Part shown: in pieces, positions 14,496 through 26,331 of the stretch | Numbering within the stretch: the stretch's first letter is position 1 | How the letters are laid out: each line of letters starts with the position of its first letter | DNA from: Antedon mediterranea | Lineage: Eukaryota > Animalia > Echinodermata | DNA length: 64,000 nucleotides | Assembly: GCF_964355755.1 (NCBI RefSeq) | Contig: NC_092673.1 | Location: 23,433,648-23,497,647, forward strand | Direction: 5' to 3' | Translations under genes and position numbers: made by a program | Notes under the pieces: generated by a model | The model's database searches: none | The model's input: only the letters and a program-made list of their open reading frames with translations | What the model was told of the DNA's origin: nothing

Positions 14496-14722
14496 GTTAT
14501 ACAACTGATTGTGGATTTCTTAATGATAACAACTTGTTTGGGCCAGAATCTATTCAAATTGTACCGAATTTTAAAAAATACTTTTATTTATTATGAAAAA
14601 AAAGGGTAATGTATGATTTTCCACATACAATTAAACGACATGTAACTGGTACATTTTGGGAATGTTGAAAATGACCCTACTGTAATTTTAACCAAAACAT
14701 GCATACAAAAACTTAATATCAA

Positions 14723-14944
14723 TTAAAGATGTATTGTTCCAATTATTTTTATTTTTGTTGTTGAATATGTCATTTTAATGTTCCATAATAGACCAAAAAT
14801 TGGATCGGAAAAAGATTTACCTGAAAAACTGTACATAATTTTTTTCGGGATTTTTTTTCTATTTTCTCTACAAAAACGCCCATTCAAATTATTATTGAAG
14901 TATTCTTAATTTTTTATGTTTTTTTGGGGGAAATAAATCTTTAA
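14723..14944. mobile_element. MITE family B (TTAA-flanked, TIR AGATGTATTGTCC)
   Basis: TTAAAGATGTATTGTTCC ... GGGGAAATAAATCTTTAA. Shares internal TATGCCATTTTAATGT and GACCAAAAATTGGATC motifs with copies at 24569-24800, ~26665-26972, ~47355-47610 and 54225-54548. Confidence 0.7.
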
Positions 14945-15542
14945 AGGCCAGGTGCGGGCAAAAAATTCTATTGATCATACATTCCAATAATTATCGATCT
15001 ATAGTTTCCCCTATGTTTCATAATTTGTTGGGATTTTATTTGTGTTACACGAGCTTGTTGAAAATAAGCACTTTCATATCAGTGGGGGGATAGTTCAACT
15101 TACACAGTAAAATCTCTATTCTTTTGTACACAAATTGTGTAAATAGAGAGGCATTTTAAAAAGCTATGAAAAATAAATGGTGTGGTAAAAAATGTTATCA
15201 GATGACTAAATATAGGTAATATAACTTGAATATTACATTTCTGATATTTTTATTCAACTTCAGATTTTTATTTTCATGCTATAGCAAAAATTATCCACCG
15301 TATATCTACCATCTTTTTTCACCGTCTAGGGAGTCACCAGACATCTTATTACATTAGGTTAACTACCTAACTACTGAAAAAAAGTCTTCCTGGTTTTTAT
15401 GGAAGAATTTTGCCAAATTTTGTATTTGACCATATTAAGGGAAATTCATGTTTTTTCGTCTCGATTTCTGTTACAAATATTTGATTTATGTACAATTAAC
15501 AAAATATTATATTTAAAATTTATGCCTGTACCTGAGCTTTAA
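14941..15542. mobile_element. TTAA-flanked non-autonomous DNA transposon (~600 bp), Kolobok-like ends
   Basis: TTAAAGGCCAGGTGCGGGCA at the left versus TGCCTGTACCTGAGCTTTAA at the right (imperfect TIR). TTAA on both sides with AG...CT termini. Confidence 0.65.
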
Positions 15543-15879
15543 GCTTTATATATTGATGCCAAATGTGTCGCTATATGTTAGGAAGCAATTCAACACTACC
15601 ACATGCGCGTAGGTTTTTTTGTTCTAAATTTTAATATTGTATATTTAAAAAAACAAATTCAATCACACTTTCTCGATGTTTCATTTTTAATGTTCACAAA
15701 AAATGTGTGTTTGTTAATGCCAACACTAAAAGACGGATCTAGATAGATATGTGGCCACGGACGACTCCAGTAAATGAATTAGAGGTAATCCTGACCAGGA
15801 TCCTAATTTTTTAAATTTTACTTTCTTTTATTTAAAAAAACTGCAATAATGTACTCCTTATATAGAGTACATTACATAG

Positions 15880-16380
15880 TTAAAGAACAGCTTTTACCAA
15901 GAACCATATTTTGATCGACAACCTATTAGGGATGTAGGCCTATTGCGAGTTTTACGATATCGTCGCGGGCGCTCGTCGTGCTTAGCAAAATCTACCTCAT
16001 GAGTTTTCACTGTTGTTAACATACAATAGATGGGTACCTGTCATTTTAATTGTTAATTTGATCTGCATTAGACTTAAATTTGCCAAATGTTTAGTCTGTT
16101 ATTTTGAAGAAACACATATATATCCAGATAGGCAAAAAGAAACAATAACAAAATCAGCATTTAAATTTTTTTACGATTGTTGTGTTTATTAGAAATGTAT
16201 GCGCTTTACGAAACTTGTCTATTGACACCCACGAAGCACACTTGACGTCACAGCAATTTACGGCAACGGCTGTACGGCGAGCGCGCGCGGATATATGGTA
16301 AATCTCGCAATTGTTATGAAATCATATGTACATCCCTAATATGTTGTCAAAATATGGTTGTCGGTAAAGTTGTCCTTTAA
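15880..16380. mobile_element. TTAA-flanked non-autonomous DNA transposon (~500 bp), Kolobok-like ends
   Basis: Left TTAAAGAACAGCTTTTACCAAGAACCATATTTTGA...TATTAGGGATGTA is the imperfect inverse of right TACATCCCTAATATGTTGTCAAAATATGGTTGTCGGTAAAGTTGTCCTTTAA. Confidence 0.75.
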
Positions 16381-16697
16381 ACATCTTTGAATGCACATGT
16401 ATGCATACAATGAATAATGATATTGGATCTGAAAAAGTATCATCTTTTCGACAAACCATTCCTAACTATTTATTTGATTGTTTGTTATTAATTGTTAGTA
16501 ATGATTTATTATCTTTTATGGAAAATATCTTTTAATTAACAGATCAAATAATATTTGGTCGTGTGCAGGCTATTATGAATACTGACTTCCATGGCTGCAA
16601 CATAATGGGAGCATATTTTTGAAAGGCAGTTACCATTCATATAAGCCTGAACTCTCTTTTAAATCCCGATTTGATTTTGTTTAGATTTCAAATCAAG

Positions 16698-17609
16698 ATG
16701 GAAGTGGAAGTTGTTGCAACAGTGTGTACCGTCATCTTGTTCGTGTTTGGTTTAATCGGAAATACCTCAATCATAGCGTTGTTCTTTAAAGTTCGTAGTT
16801 TACAGACTGTCTCCAATACGCTAGTGACGTGTTTGGCCGTTACTGATCTCATTGCTACGGTGTTATACCCAATACAATGTCTGGTGGACATCAAGGTACT
16901 GAACAACAACCCAGAATGCATGGCGTTCTTTTCTGTTATTATACTCGTATCTATAGCGCATACTTTCTTTAAGTTGTCATTATCCGTTGAGAGGTACATC
17001 ACCATAAGTAGGCCACTGACTTACTCTACCATCTTAACAGAGAGAAGATGCTACATTGCCATTGTCATATTTACTGGATACTCTGTCACGATTGGTGTTC
17101 TTCCGGTTATGATGCCGCTATTTGGAAACACAGGTTCTCTTGAAACCGACTGCCGATTGGCAACCGTATTCATCAACGGCTATACTCCATGGATTTTCGC
17201 GAATTGGATTATTCCTCTTCCAGTAATAGTCGCCCTGTACATCCGGGTGTTTATTCTTGTAAAACGTCACGTCAAGCGAATACAGGCATCCGAAGTAACT
17301 TCTCAAATATGTGCGCAGAATTCTGGATTTAAACTAAGACGGGAAGCGAAGACTGCTCTTTTGTTGTTCTCTATGGTTGTGTATTTCGTTATAGTGTGGA
17401 TTCCATTGATTATCTTGATTTTGAATACAGATCCTTCCGAAAGGGTCATGGGGTATATAATAACGCATTTTTTAACATACAGTACATCTGCCGTCAGTCC
17501 GCTTATATTTGGTTTTGGTAATAAACAATATCGCAGGCATTTCCTATCGATTTTGAAAAGAAGAAACATTGATGAAAATCAAATAGATTCTGTTTACCAC
17601 GCGAGCTAA
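16698..17609 (+). CDS. Class A (rhodopsin-like) GPCR, paralogue 1, 303 aa, intronless CDS, adenosine-receptor-like layout
   Basis: Seven hydrophobic segments; TM1 GN, TM2 LAVTD, TM3 ERY, TM6 VWIP, TM7 SAVSPLIF, basic helix 8. ATG at 16698 follows a splice-acceptor-like TTTTGTTTAG (16684) and matches the start context (AATCAAGATG) of the other two paralogues. Confidence 0.9.
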   Translation: MEVEVVATVCTVILFVFGLIGNTSIIALFFKVRSLQTVSNTLVTCLAVTDLIATVLYPIQCLVDIKVLNNNPECMAFFSVIILVSIAHTFFKLSLSVERYITISRPLTYSTILTERRCYIAIVIFTGYSVTIGVLPVMMPLFGNTGSLETDCRLATVFINGYTPWIFANWIIPLPVIVALYIRVFILVKRHVKRIQASEVTSQICAQNSGFKLRREAKTALLLFSMVVYFVIVWIPLIILILNTDPSERVMGYIITHFLTYSTSAVSPLIFGFGNKQYRRHFLSILKRRNIDENQIDSVYHAS

Positions 17610-19003
17610 AACTTATAGTTCAAATTAATTTTCAAGTTCGTTTCAGTTGCATATTGTTTTAGTATGAAGGGTAAATATTATGCAGTTGCCATTGGGACAT
17701 TTTCTGATGTCACTTGGTGGTTTGATGGAAAAGACGGAGAACATTGATCGAGTAACCTGCGTTGAAAATTTAACAATATGGTAATTGCGAATACAATGTT
17801 CCTGTTGGTAGTAAACCTAAACATCAGGATCAGAAGATGCATTTTTCTTCTCTTCTCTAAACGCCACTTTATTCACATTAATACATGTCGTCACCATAAA
17901 ATCATATTATTTTCATTATCATCACATTTGTGTTAATTTGATCAACTTCATCAGTAACATTTTAAATCTTGTAAATCCACTTTGTATTTGTTATAATCTT
18001 TGTATTATATTTACCGCAATTTACACTTCCAATAGAAGTTTAAGAAGTTAACACAAAGACGATATGCCTAAATAACTGCATCGTTAAATACAGAACTTAA
18101 CTAGCAACAGCGCGTTTGACGAATACAATATAAGGCTGAACAAATATATACAATGTTAAACCACCTGCCGGCCTCTGTACAAAAATACTGAAAAATAAAA
18201 ATGTAGTGATTCATTTGTTCATTTTTTATAAAGTTGGGTCAGCTTAATAAAGTAATAACAATTACAAAAAAAAACGCTCTCTCTCCCTCGAAATGTATTC
18301 AGAGTTTGACAATTGAGGGCTACATATCCCCTTTTTCTTGGCCTAATACAAACTTTTCATCTGGGAGCTAAATTGTTTTGGTGAGGTTCCCTACTTTTGG
18401 CTATACCTACTCCACTCCTACCTTAAACAAATATTTGAATAGTACAGAGAAGTATAACTTGACAGTTTTTCAATGCTGATCACGTACCGTAACTAAAAGT
18501 ATGAATCTATACCGTAAATTAAAGAATCAATATTTTAGATACATATTTAATAATATGTATCTAAAAGAAAGGACATGTTGTAAAAACTTTAAAATATTTA
18601 ATAAATCTGTTAAAAAAACATATATTTCCAAATATAATCATAATGACGAATGTGCCGTAGTTAAATTGGTATTAAATGAAATATCTTGAAAAAATTTTTA
18701 ACATTAGAAAATGATGTTGTTGTTTATTATTTCTTCTGTTTAGGGATTGGTATAAGTTAATTTACTTCTATTTCTGATCCCTGAAACAGTTCCTATTATT
18801 GTTAACATTTAATTTATTGTAAATGTAAATGTATGATTTTTACTTTTATTGGTCTGTTTTCAAATAAATGTGAATAAAATGACCAATGTTAAAATAAAAA
18901 TTGAATATGTATTTGAATAATTATAAAAAATTTGTCTAAAGTTAAAAAAATTTGTGTAAATATTATTATTAACTGAGTGTCACACTGTGTGACAGTTGAT
19001 TAG

Positions 19004-19151
19004 TATTGAATTTCAACAGGAAGTTTGGAGTATTTAAAACCATAATATGGTTTTGAATACTCCAAAATTCCTGTTTTATGAATAAATATAGCTGAATATA
19101 TATTATATGGGCCTATTCAGCTATATTTATTCATAAAAAAGGAAATCAATA
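19004..19151. repeat. Two adjacent long hairpins (29-bp and 25-bp arms)
   Basis: 19015-19075: 29-bp arms with 2 mismatches. 19074-19138: perfect 25-bp arms TTTTATGAATAAATATAGCTGAATA around a 15-nt loop. Confidence 0.85.
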
Positions 19152-19744
19152 ATACAACGGCAGCCAAAAGGCTGAAAAGTAGTATTTTACAATATTTGAT
19201 AAAAGAATATATAAAATGTATAAATAGTAAATTTTTAAACTAAAACATTAAATATTAGTTCAGCGGTAAGTTAAATAGTGCCAGCCTATTCAATATTCAT
19301 TGAAACATCATCATTAATGAGTCGGGCTAAGAAAGGGACTGGTGAAGATCTAAATCTCTCTGTACGACCAAACGGGATTTCGAGTCTAAGCTTACACGCA
19401 GACCTTAGGGTTCTGCTAATGTCACGAACAGGGAGAAGAATACTTCTCTAAATGTATCGGACATTATTAATCCTTTACATATAGGCCGTTATTGACGGTA
19501 CAACAGTGTTTTGGCATTATCTTATATATGGGAAGGGATATACATTGCGGACTCAATTCCAGTTAGGCATAATTATTATATTGAATATCTTCCTTAATAC
19601 CGTATACTGGACAACAAGAAATAGGCGTTGTTTATTTGTTTATTTCTGTCTGTTACGCTGTTGGCTTCTTGGTTGAACAAAGTATGGTGGTTGCAGCTAA
19701 TGTTTTGCCAAGGACTTTCTCTAAAAAGCAGAAAGACGGTGCCA

Positions 19745-21502
19745 ATTTTGAGTGAGCACATGATCAAATTTTCCGTGCCCTGTTATCTTTAGATACTAAT
19801 AAATCCCCTGGGCCCGACGGGATTACCTCTATGATGTTGAGTATGGCTGCACCTGTTATATCCCCAATTTTGCTTAAAATTCAAATGTCAAATGTCCCTT
19901 GACCAAGGCATAGTGGTGAAGGAATGGAAATTGGCCAATGTTGTGCCAATTTATAAATCTGGTAGTAGAAATGATATAAGTAATTATAGACCAATATCAC
20001 TTTGTTCAGTTGTTGGTAAAATTCTAGAACGTATTGTGGCTGATAATGTTTTATTTCATCTTCAATGTAATGGGTTTGTTAGTCCTGTACAGCACGGGTT
20101 CTATCCTGGAAGATCTTGTGTTACACAAGCTTCATCCATATACCACGAATGGTCCAAAATATTAGATGGTACGAACCAACCAGTCGTCGATGCTGTATTC
20201 CTTGAATGGGAAATAGCATTTGACCGTGTGAGTCACCCTAAACTATTACGTAAGCTCCACAATTTTGGTCTATGTGGTCCTATTTTGAAATGAATGGGCT
20301 CCTTTCTTACTGATCGTTGCCAACAGTTTGTCCTCAATGGACTGATATCTGACCGTACACCGTTTGTTTCAGGTGTACCTCAAGGGTCGGTACTTGGCCC
20401 ATTACTTTTCAACTCGTTCGTTTTTGACCTCCCTATGTCGATCACCTCTCAAATTAGACAATATGCCGACGATACGGTGGTGTTTAGGCCAATTAGATGT
20501 GAATATGATGCGATATTACTTCAGAAAGATCTAGATAACATCGATGAATGGTGTCAAAATAACATGATGAGACTTAATGCTAAAAAATGCAAAGTTATCC
20601 ATATTACTCGCAAGCGTAATCCCATTCATGCTCGTTATCATATTCACACTAATGACCTTCAAGCAGTTACCTCCTACAAATATCTTGGTATTCACTTTGA
20701 AAGCAATCTCTCTTGGTCAACGCATGTGTCCGCAATTACCACAAAATCTTTCCAAATTGTCGGATTCATAAAGCGTTTTGTGATATTTAACGACCCTGTA
20801 ATTTTGATGAGGCTTTTTAACGGTTTATGTAGGCCTATACTTGAGTATGCTGCCCCTGTTTTGGTGCCTCATCAAAAACAACATATTACTAGCATAAATA
20901 AACCTCTTCGAAGGATCACAAAATTGTGTGCTAAGGGCGATTACGAGCAACGGCTCGAACATTTAAATTTACCATCTATGGACGTGACCAGAGAGTTTGT
21001 TTTCTCAGTATACTTTTTATTATGAAATGTTTGTATGGTTGAATTGATCTTAATATTTATTATATGATTTTGTTGGTTTTTATCCAAGATATTCTGAATC
21101 AGTTATTTTTAAACACAAATATGCCAGAACCAATTCTTTTAAATATTCATTGTACACTAATTTTCCCGTGTATGGCAAGAGATTCCTAATTATTATTAGA
21201 GAACATTCTTTATTTAGTTTTAACACATATGTGACAGCTCTCCGGTATTTTTTTTTTAATCTTTAAACAATCACTTTTATCTGTACATAATTTTTAGATT
21301 CAATTTTAACGATTGTTCAATTTGATGCCTTGCAATTTTTCAATTTTTATATCTTTGTATTTTTATTGTTTACTTATATGTTCAAGTGCAGTATATGGAG
21401 AGCCATCTCGATAGTGCTTTGCACTCATTGCAATCCTCAGGGTGCTGCACCGCTGCATTTTTGTGCCTGAAAATTGAATAAAATAAAATAAAAAAATAAA
21501 AT
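19745..21502 (+). mobile_element. 5'-truncated, inactivated non-LTR retrotransposon (CR1/L2-like LINE), reverse transcriptase region plus 3' end
   Basis: KSPGPDG, WKLANVVPIYKSG, NYRPISL, QHGF, GVPQGSVLGPLLF, YADD, YKYLG and RPILEY motifs. In-frame TGA at 20291-20293, frameshifts, and the first catalytic Asp region is altered (FLEWEIAFD). Ends in an (AAATA)n tail. Confidence 0.92.
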
Positions 21503-22681
21503 AGCATGAAGACATTTTAGGGGGCGCTAAGCATGTATTGCCAGCTCTTTGCCTTACGATGGAGTGACTTGATCTGATGAACTGGTTCAATTATTGGGGT
21601 TATTATATAATAATTAAGAGAGATTATAATATAGAGCTCTCTCGGATTTTCAGGTAAAGTCTTTTCATATTCAGCCGAATGATGATCATGTAAGTCTTAT
21701 AATGGATTTGGTGACGATGATGTTGAAAATGGGCTTTCGATGCCATGACAGGACAAGTGGAAAATGCTTAACACGATGACAGTACACAACACGCCTTGGT
21801 AATGGACAACATAATTCTATTTTATTAAACTGACCTAGAACTACGTTAATTGGATGTTTAATTTCTCTGCTTTTTTCTATGATTTTTGCGATCTTTTAAA
21901 GGTCTTGATATTAAATTTGAAAATCTAATTGTTATCGCTTTATTAATAATTGTTATAGACACCTTATTAGTTCTAATGAGTTCCAGCGTCAATACTTCAG
22001 TTAATAATATTAATGTTGTACTGTAATGACGGAGGACATTGCTTTGTGCTTTATAATTAATATCATATCTAGACTATAATAAATAAATTATCATTCACCG
22101 TATTGGTCGAGAAACAGACCCAAGGCAAACTTCATCAGACATACTTTGAAACACGTATAAAGGCCTACAAGTTTACCTGAAAGTCTATCATGCAAGCTGT
22201 TCTCTCGATAGTCTGGCTGCTGCTGCACAACATAAATGTGGAAGGTTTAGACAAAGAATAAGCGTAAGTCAAATCTGGCAATTATTGTTCTACTGATTGG
22301 GAGTTGCCTAATGGTAGGAAGTTGTTTAGTTTAAGTGTGGTGCCACTGCGAGCCCGTAAACAAAGTATGTCATATTGTGATATTGTTGAATAAAATGGGA
22401 CACATAATTAGATCGGGACAACGTTTCTTGTTTTGCTGGACTCATAGACTCTCGTTAATCAGTAAATGAGAAAGTATATTATGTTGATTCTCATTTCTAC
22501 AAATGATAATTTAATTGTTGTCTTATATTGTGCTTCTTAACCGTGACGAGTTGTAAACAATCCTAATTTAGCATATGCATAATATGTACTCATGGTTTGA
22601 AATCTTTGTTTACTTTCGCTCGTGACGATTTTCCAGATAATAATAATAATAATAAATTAACCTAATTAGGCTATAATCAAG

Positions 22682-23539
22682 ATGGAAGTGGTTGTTGCAA
22701 CAGTGTGTACTGTTACCTTGTTCGTGTTTGGTTTAATCGGAAATACCTCAGTTATAGCGTTGTTCTTTAAATTTCGTAGTTTACAGACTGTCTCCAATAC
22801 ATTAGTGACTTGCTTAGCCTTTGCAGATCTCGTTGCTACGATGTTATACCCAATACAAAGTCTGGTGGACCTCGATATACTGACCAACAGCCCAGAATGC
22901 ATGACGTTTGTATGCGTTATAATAGTCTTATCTATAGCCCATACTTTCCTTAAGTTGTCACTATCCGTTGAGAGGTACATCACTATCAGTAGGCCACTGA
23001 CTTACACTACCATCTTAACAGAGAGAAGATGCTACATTGCCATTGTCATAATTACTGGATACTCTGTCACGATTGGTATTCTTCCGGTTTTGACGCCATT
23101 TGGAAACACGGGTTCTCATGAAAGCTACTGCAGGTTAGAGACCTTGTACACTAAAGTGTATGTTAGCTGGATTTTTGCAAACTGGATTATTCATCTTCCA
23201 GTAACAATCACCCTTTACATCCGGGTGTTTATTATTGTAAAACGTCACGTCAAGCGTATACAGGCATCGGGATTTAAACTAAAACAGGAAGCGAAGACTG
23301 CTCTTTTGCTGTTCTCTATGATTGTGTATTTCACTATAGTGTGGATCCCATTAATTGCCTTGATTTCGTCTACAAATCCTTCTGAAAAAGCTATGTGGTA
23401 TATAATAACGCATTTTTTAACATACAGTACCTCTGTCGTTAGTTCAATTGTCTTTGGTTTTGGTAATAAACAATATTGCAAACATCTTTTCTCGATTTTG
23501 AAAATAAGAAATACTGAGGAACATCAAATAATTATATAG
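22682..23539 (+). CDS. Class A GPCR, paralogue 2, 285 aa, intronless CDS
   Basis: Highly similar to paralogue 1; GN, LAFAD, ERY, VWIP motifs. Has an 11-aa deletion in ICL3 and lacks the TM7 proline (SVVSSIVF). ORF is intact. Confidence 0.87.
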   Translation: MEVVVATVCTVTLFVFGLIGNTSVIALFFKFRSLQTVSNTLVTCLAFADLVATMLYPIQSLVDLDILTNSPECMTFVCVIIVLSIAHTFLKLSLSVERYITISRPLTYTTILTERRCYIAIVIITGYSVTIGILPVLTPFGNTGSHESYCRLETLYTKVYVSWIFANWIIHLPVTITLYIRVFIIVKRHVKRIQASGFKLKQEAKTALLLFSMIVYFTIVWIPLIALISSTNPSEKAMWYIITHFLTYSTSVVSSIVFGFGNKQYCKHLFSILKIRNTEEHQIII

Positions 23540-24568
23540 ATTTCATTTTATACTAACTACAGTACTTTTATTTATGCAATACAAACTGTACTTTCCAATT
23601 GCATATGGTTTGGCATGCCATTTTCTAATCGATGGAAAAAATGGAGAACAATGAAAGAATGATAATTACGTCAAAATTAAGCTGAGCTGCTTCGGAGATC
23701 AAAGGGTTTATCTGTGGCTGCGATAGATAAGTTCCACTTATTTATATATAAGGATATATTTTAGGACAGTTTACTAGTTTCGATTTTATTTACTTGGACA
23801 TCGGTCTTTTTTATTTCAGAAAATTACTGGAATATACTCGGCTTCATTTTTTAATCAATTTAATTAACGATTTTTTATGCATCTGTAAAATACCCACACT
23901 TGGTTGTCCTACATTGATTATTAATTTACACACGTGACACCTGAAGCAATCTATTTACAGTATAATATGAAGCATCTAGTACCTATGGTAACGCCGACGA
24001 TCTTCGTTCCTCCGTGGTCAAGCTAGACTAGTCACGGGCGTCCGTAGTCTATTTTTTTGTGATAAAACTCCGGTGAAATAGTGGCAAAGCATTCATACTA
24101 CCGAGGACACTATACAAAGACGTTGTTAACCATTGGAAAACTATTGGTAAGTTGCTGTGACATGAGCTTTTTTTTTCTCTATCATTGACTTCGTTCATAT
24201 TAGCTACTTACCTAGATATCGCTAACTTTTGTGTGGGTAGGAACCAACTTACTTTCGTTACTTACTAACGGGTCAATTGAAAGCAAACGAGACAAGTTTA
24301 CTTTTTTGCTTTTCCTAACATTGTATTCACTGTAAGTAATTAAGTATGCATAGCCTATGTGACAAAATAAATGTTTTATGTATACAGGTTGGTACAGTAA
24401 AATAAAAAAATATTTATGATTTTAAATGTCTGTAGTACTAAATTAATTTAGATGGAAAACTTAAATGGTAAAAGTTATTGATACAGACTGTTAATTGATC
24501 AGACCAGGAAGAGTAGGCCTATGAGATTGTAATATATTTATATCAATTTGATTTATATCGCATGAATC

Positions 24569-24800
24569 TTAAAGATGTATTGTCCCTAAAAAACATAAAA
24601 AATGAAGATTGAGTTATCCACATATGTAAAACAAAAACAAAAATAAACGGTTAAATTTAACGCAACATATTTTGCTTTAAATTACATTTTTTTTCCAGTT
24701 AAATACAGTTTTTGGTCAAAGTGAATAATTATTACGTGACATTAAAATGGCATATTCAACAAAAAATAATTTAAAAAAATAGAGGACAATATATCTTTAA
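24569..24800. mobile_element. MITE family B copy
   Basis: TTAAAGATGTATTGTCC ... GGACAATATATCTTTAA, TTAA at both ends. Confidence 0.8.
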
Positions 24801-24840
24801 ATGTAGGCCAATGCTTTCTTACGCGTTGTTCCCACTAGAT

Positions 24841-25190
24841 ATTTCATTTCATTTCATTTCACATTTATTCAATTAATGAAAACTTAAACAATGTAAACAA
24901 TATAAACAAATAATGATTTCATTAATTTGGATCAGACTTAGAGGCCAAGGCCTGTCTCAGAAAGACCCAACAAAACATAAATACAAAATAAAAATGTGTA
25001 CAAATTAGATAAAAGTGGCATAATAATAATGATATATTTATGAATGATAATTTTCCAAATAATTAAACTTAATTTGATGTCTGAATATTTTTGCATTTTC
25101 ACATTTTTTTTAGATTCTCTTTTAAGTTATTCCACAATTTAGGTCCATGAACTGTAATAAAAAATTGGCTTTTGCTAAGTCTTACAAAAG
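24841..25190 (-). mobile_element. Short 3' fragment of a LINE with (GAAAT)n tail
   Basis: Minus strand encodes VHGPKLWNNL, typical of LINE ORF2 C-termini, followed by an AT-rich UTR and a tail seen as (ATTTC)4 on + at 24841-24860. Confidence 0.65.
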
Positions 25191-26072
25191 GAACGCAAGA
25201 TACGTAACGCAATGACGTACGCGCAACGCCCAATGACAAAACGTTGCGTTATGAACTTACGTTGCGTCAACCAAGCTTTAATTACGATTTTGTTACACTT
25301 TATATTGGATGATCTACTAAAACATTTGATGAATCGAAATGATTTGATGAATCGAAATGATTTATTGCGTAAATGTCATACAATGTTTAGTGACGCGTTA
25401 GGCCTGTCAACCTCATTCTTTATGTTCTGTGTATTACCATGCAGCGGTACATTAATCTGTTGTAGGCAAATTGTAGGTCTGAGCAATTTCATCCGGTTTA
25501 ATCTCTCTCTCAAATACTCAAATAGTTTCCTATAGTCAACACTAAGAGGTAGTAAAACGCAACAAAAAAAAACCGGTCACAAGACGCACTATCGGCGGCC
25601 GAACTTCTTGTTAGCGGACGACACACACCCCCGGACACCAGGGTGTTTGACCAGTATAATTTAAAGGGGTATAATTTACTATTACAATATAAAAATTGTA
25701 AGTATTGGCAATAACTGATACTTCCAAGTACAACAAAAAATGATAGAGAACATTTGTTAAAATCAATTATTAACAAAGGAAGTTAGAATGCAGCTATTAA
25801 ATTCAGCACAGCACTTAATATTGATTATAAAAAATGGGTTATGCTTTTACATTACTGGCCTTATTGTGAAAAATGTATAATGACATCCATTGGGCCAATT
25901 GTGTCTAATGAACATTTTCTAAACATCACTCAGTTATTTAGTGGTTTGTAATGTGTCTTGAAATCAGAAACTAAAAAAAGGTCAATGACTGGTATATTAA
26001 TTAATTTATAAAACGGAAAATTAAAAATAACTATATCAAAGGCAGGAGCGCGCCACTGCATTTTTCATTACT

Positions 26073-26331
26073 AAAGCTTGTTTCCAACTAGAGACGCAAC
26101 GCAAGACGTAACGCAACGTAAATGATTTTACCAATCATATGCGATGGATTATTCGAAAAGTGGCTTGTCATTGGTCAACTTGTCTGCGTTGCGCGTACGT
26201 CTTTTCGTTGCGACTCCAGTGGGAATCACGCTAAAGCTTGGTTCCCACTAGAACGTAACGCAAGGATGTAAACGCAACGCAAGCGTTTTAACCAATGACC
26301 TTGTGTTGCGTCGCTAGTGGGAACCACGCTT
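26073..26331. mobile_element. Two head-to-tail copies of MITE family C (TIR GCTTGGTTCCCACTAG...CGCAACGCAAG)
   Basis: 26073-26232 AAGCTTGTTTCCAACTAGAGACGCAAC...GTTGCGACTCCAGTGGGAATCACGCT, and 26234-26331 AAGCTTGGTTCCCACTAG...CTAGTGGGAACCACGCTT. A related remnant follows to ~26460. Confidence 0.75.

Noticed and set aside
16688-17569. Antisense ORFs over the GPCR genes (also 22666-23481 and 30910-31728)
   Set aside because: Shadow frames of the hydrophobic GPCR coding strand; their similarity to each other follows from the paralogy.
19892-21025. Reverse transcriptase as part of a retron, DGR or domesticated gene
   Set aside because: Motifs and 3' tail are those of an ordinary non-LTR retrotransposon, with a nonsense codon, frameshifts and 5' truncation.
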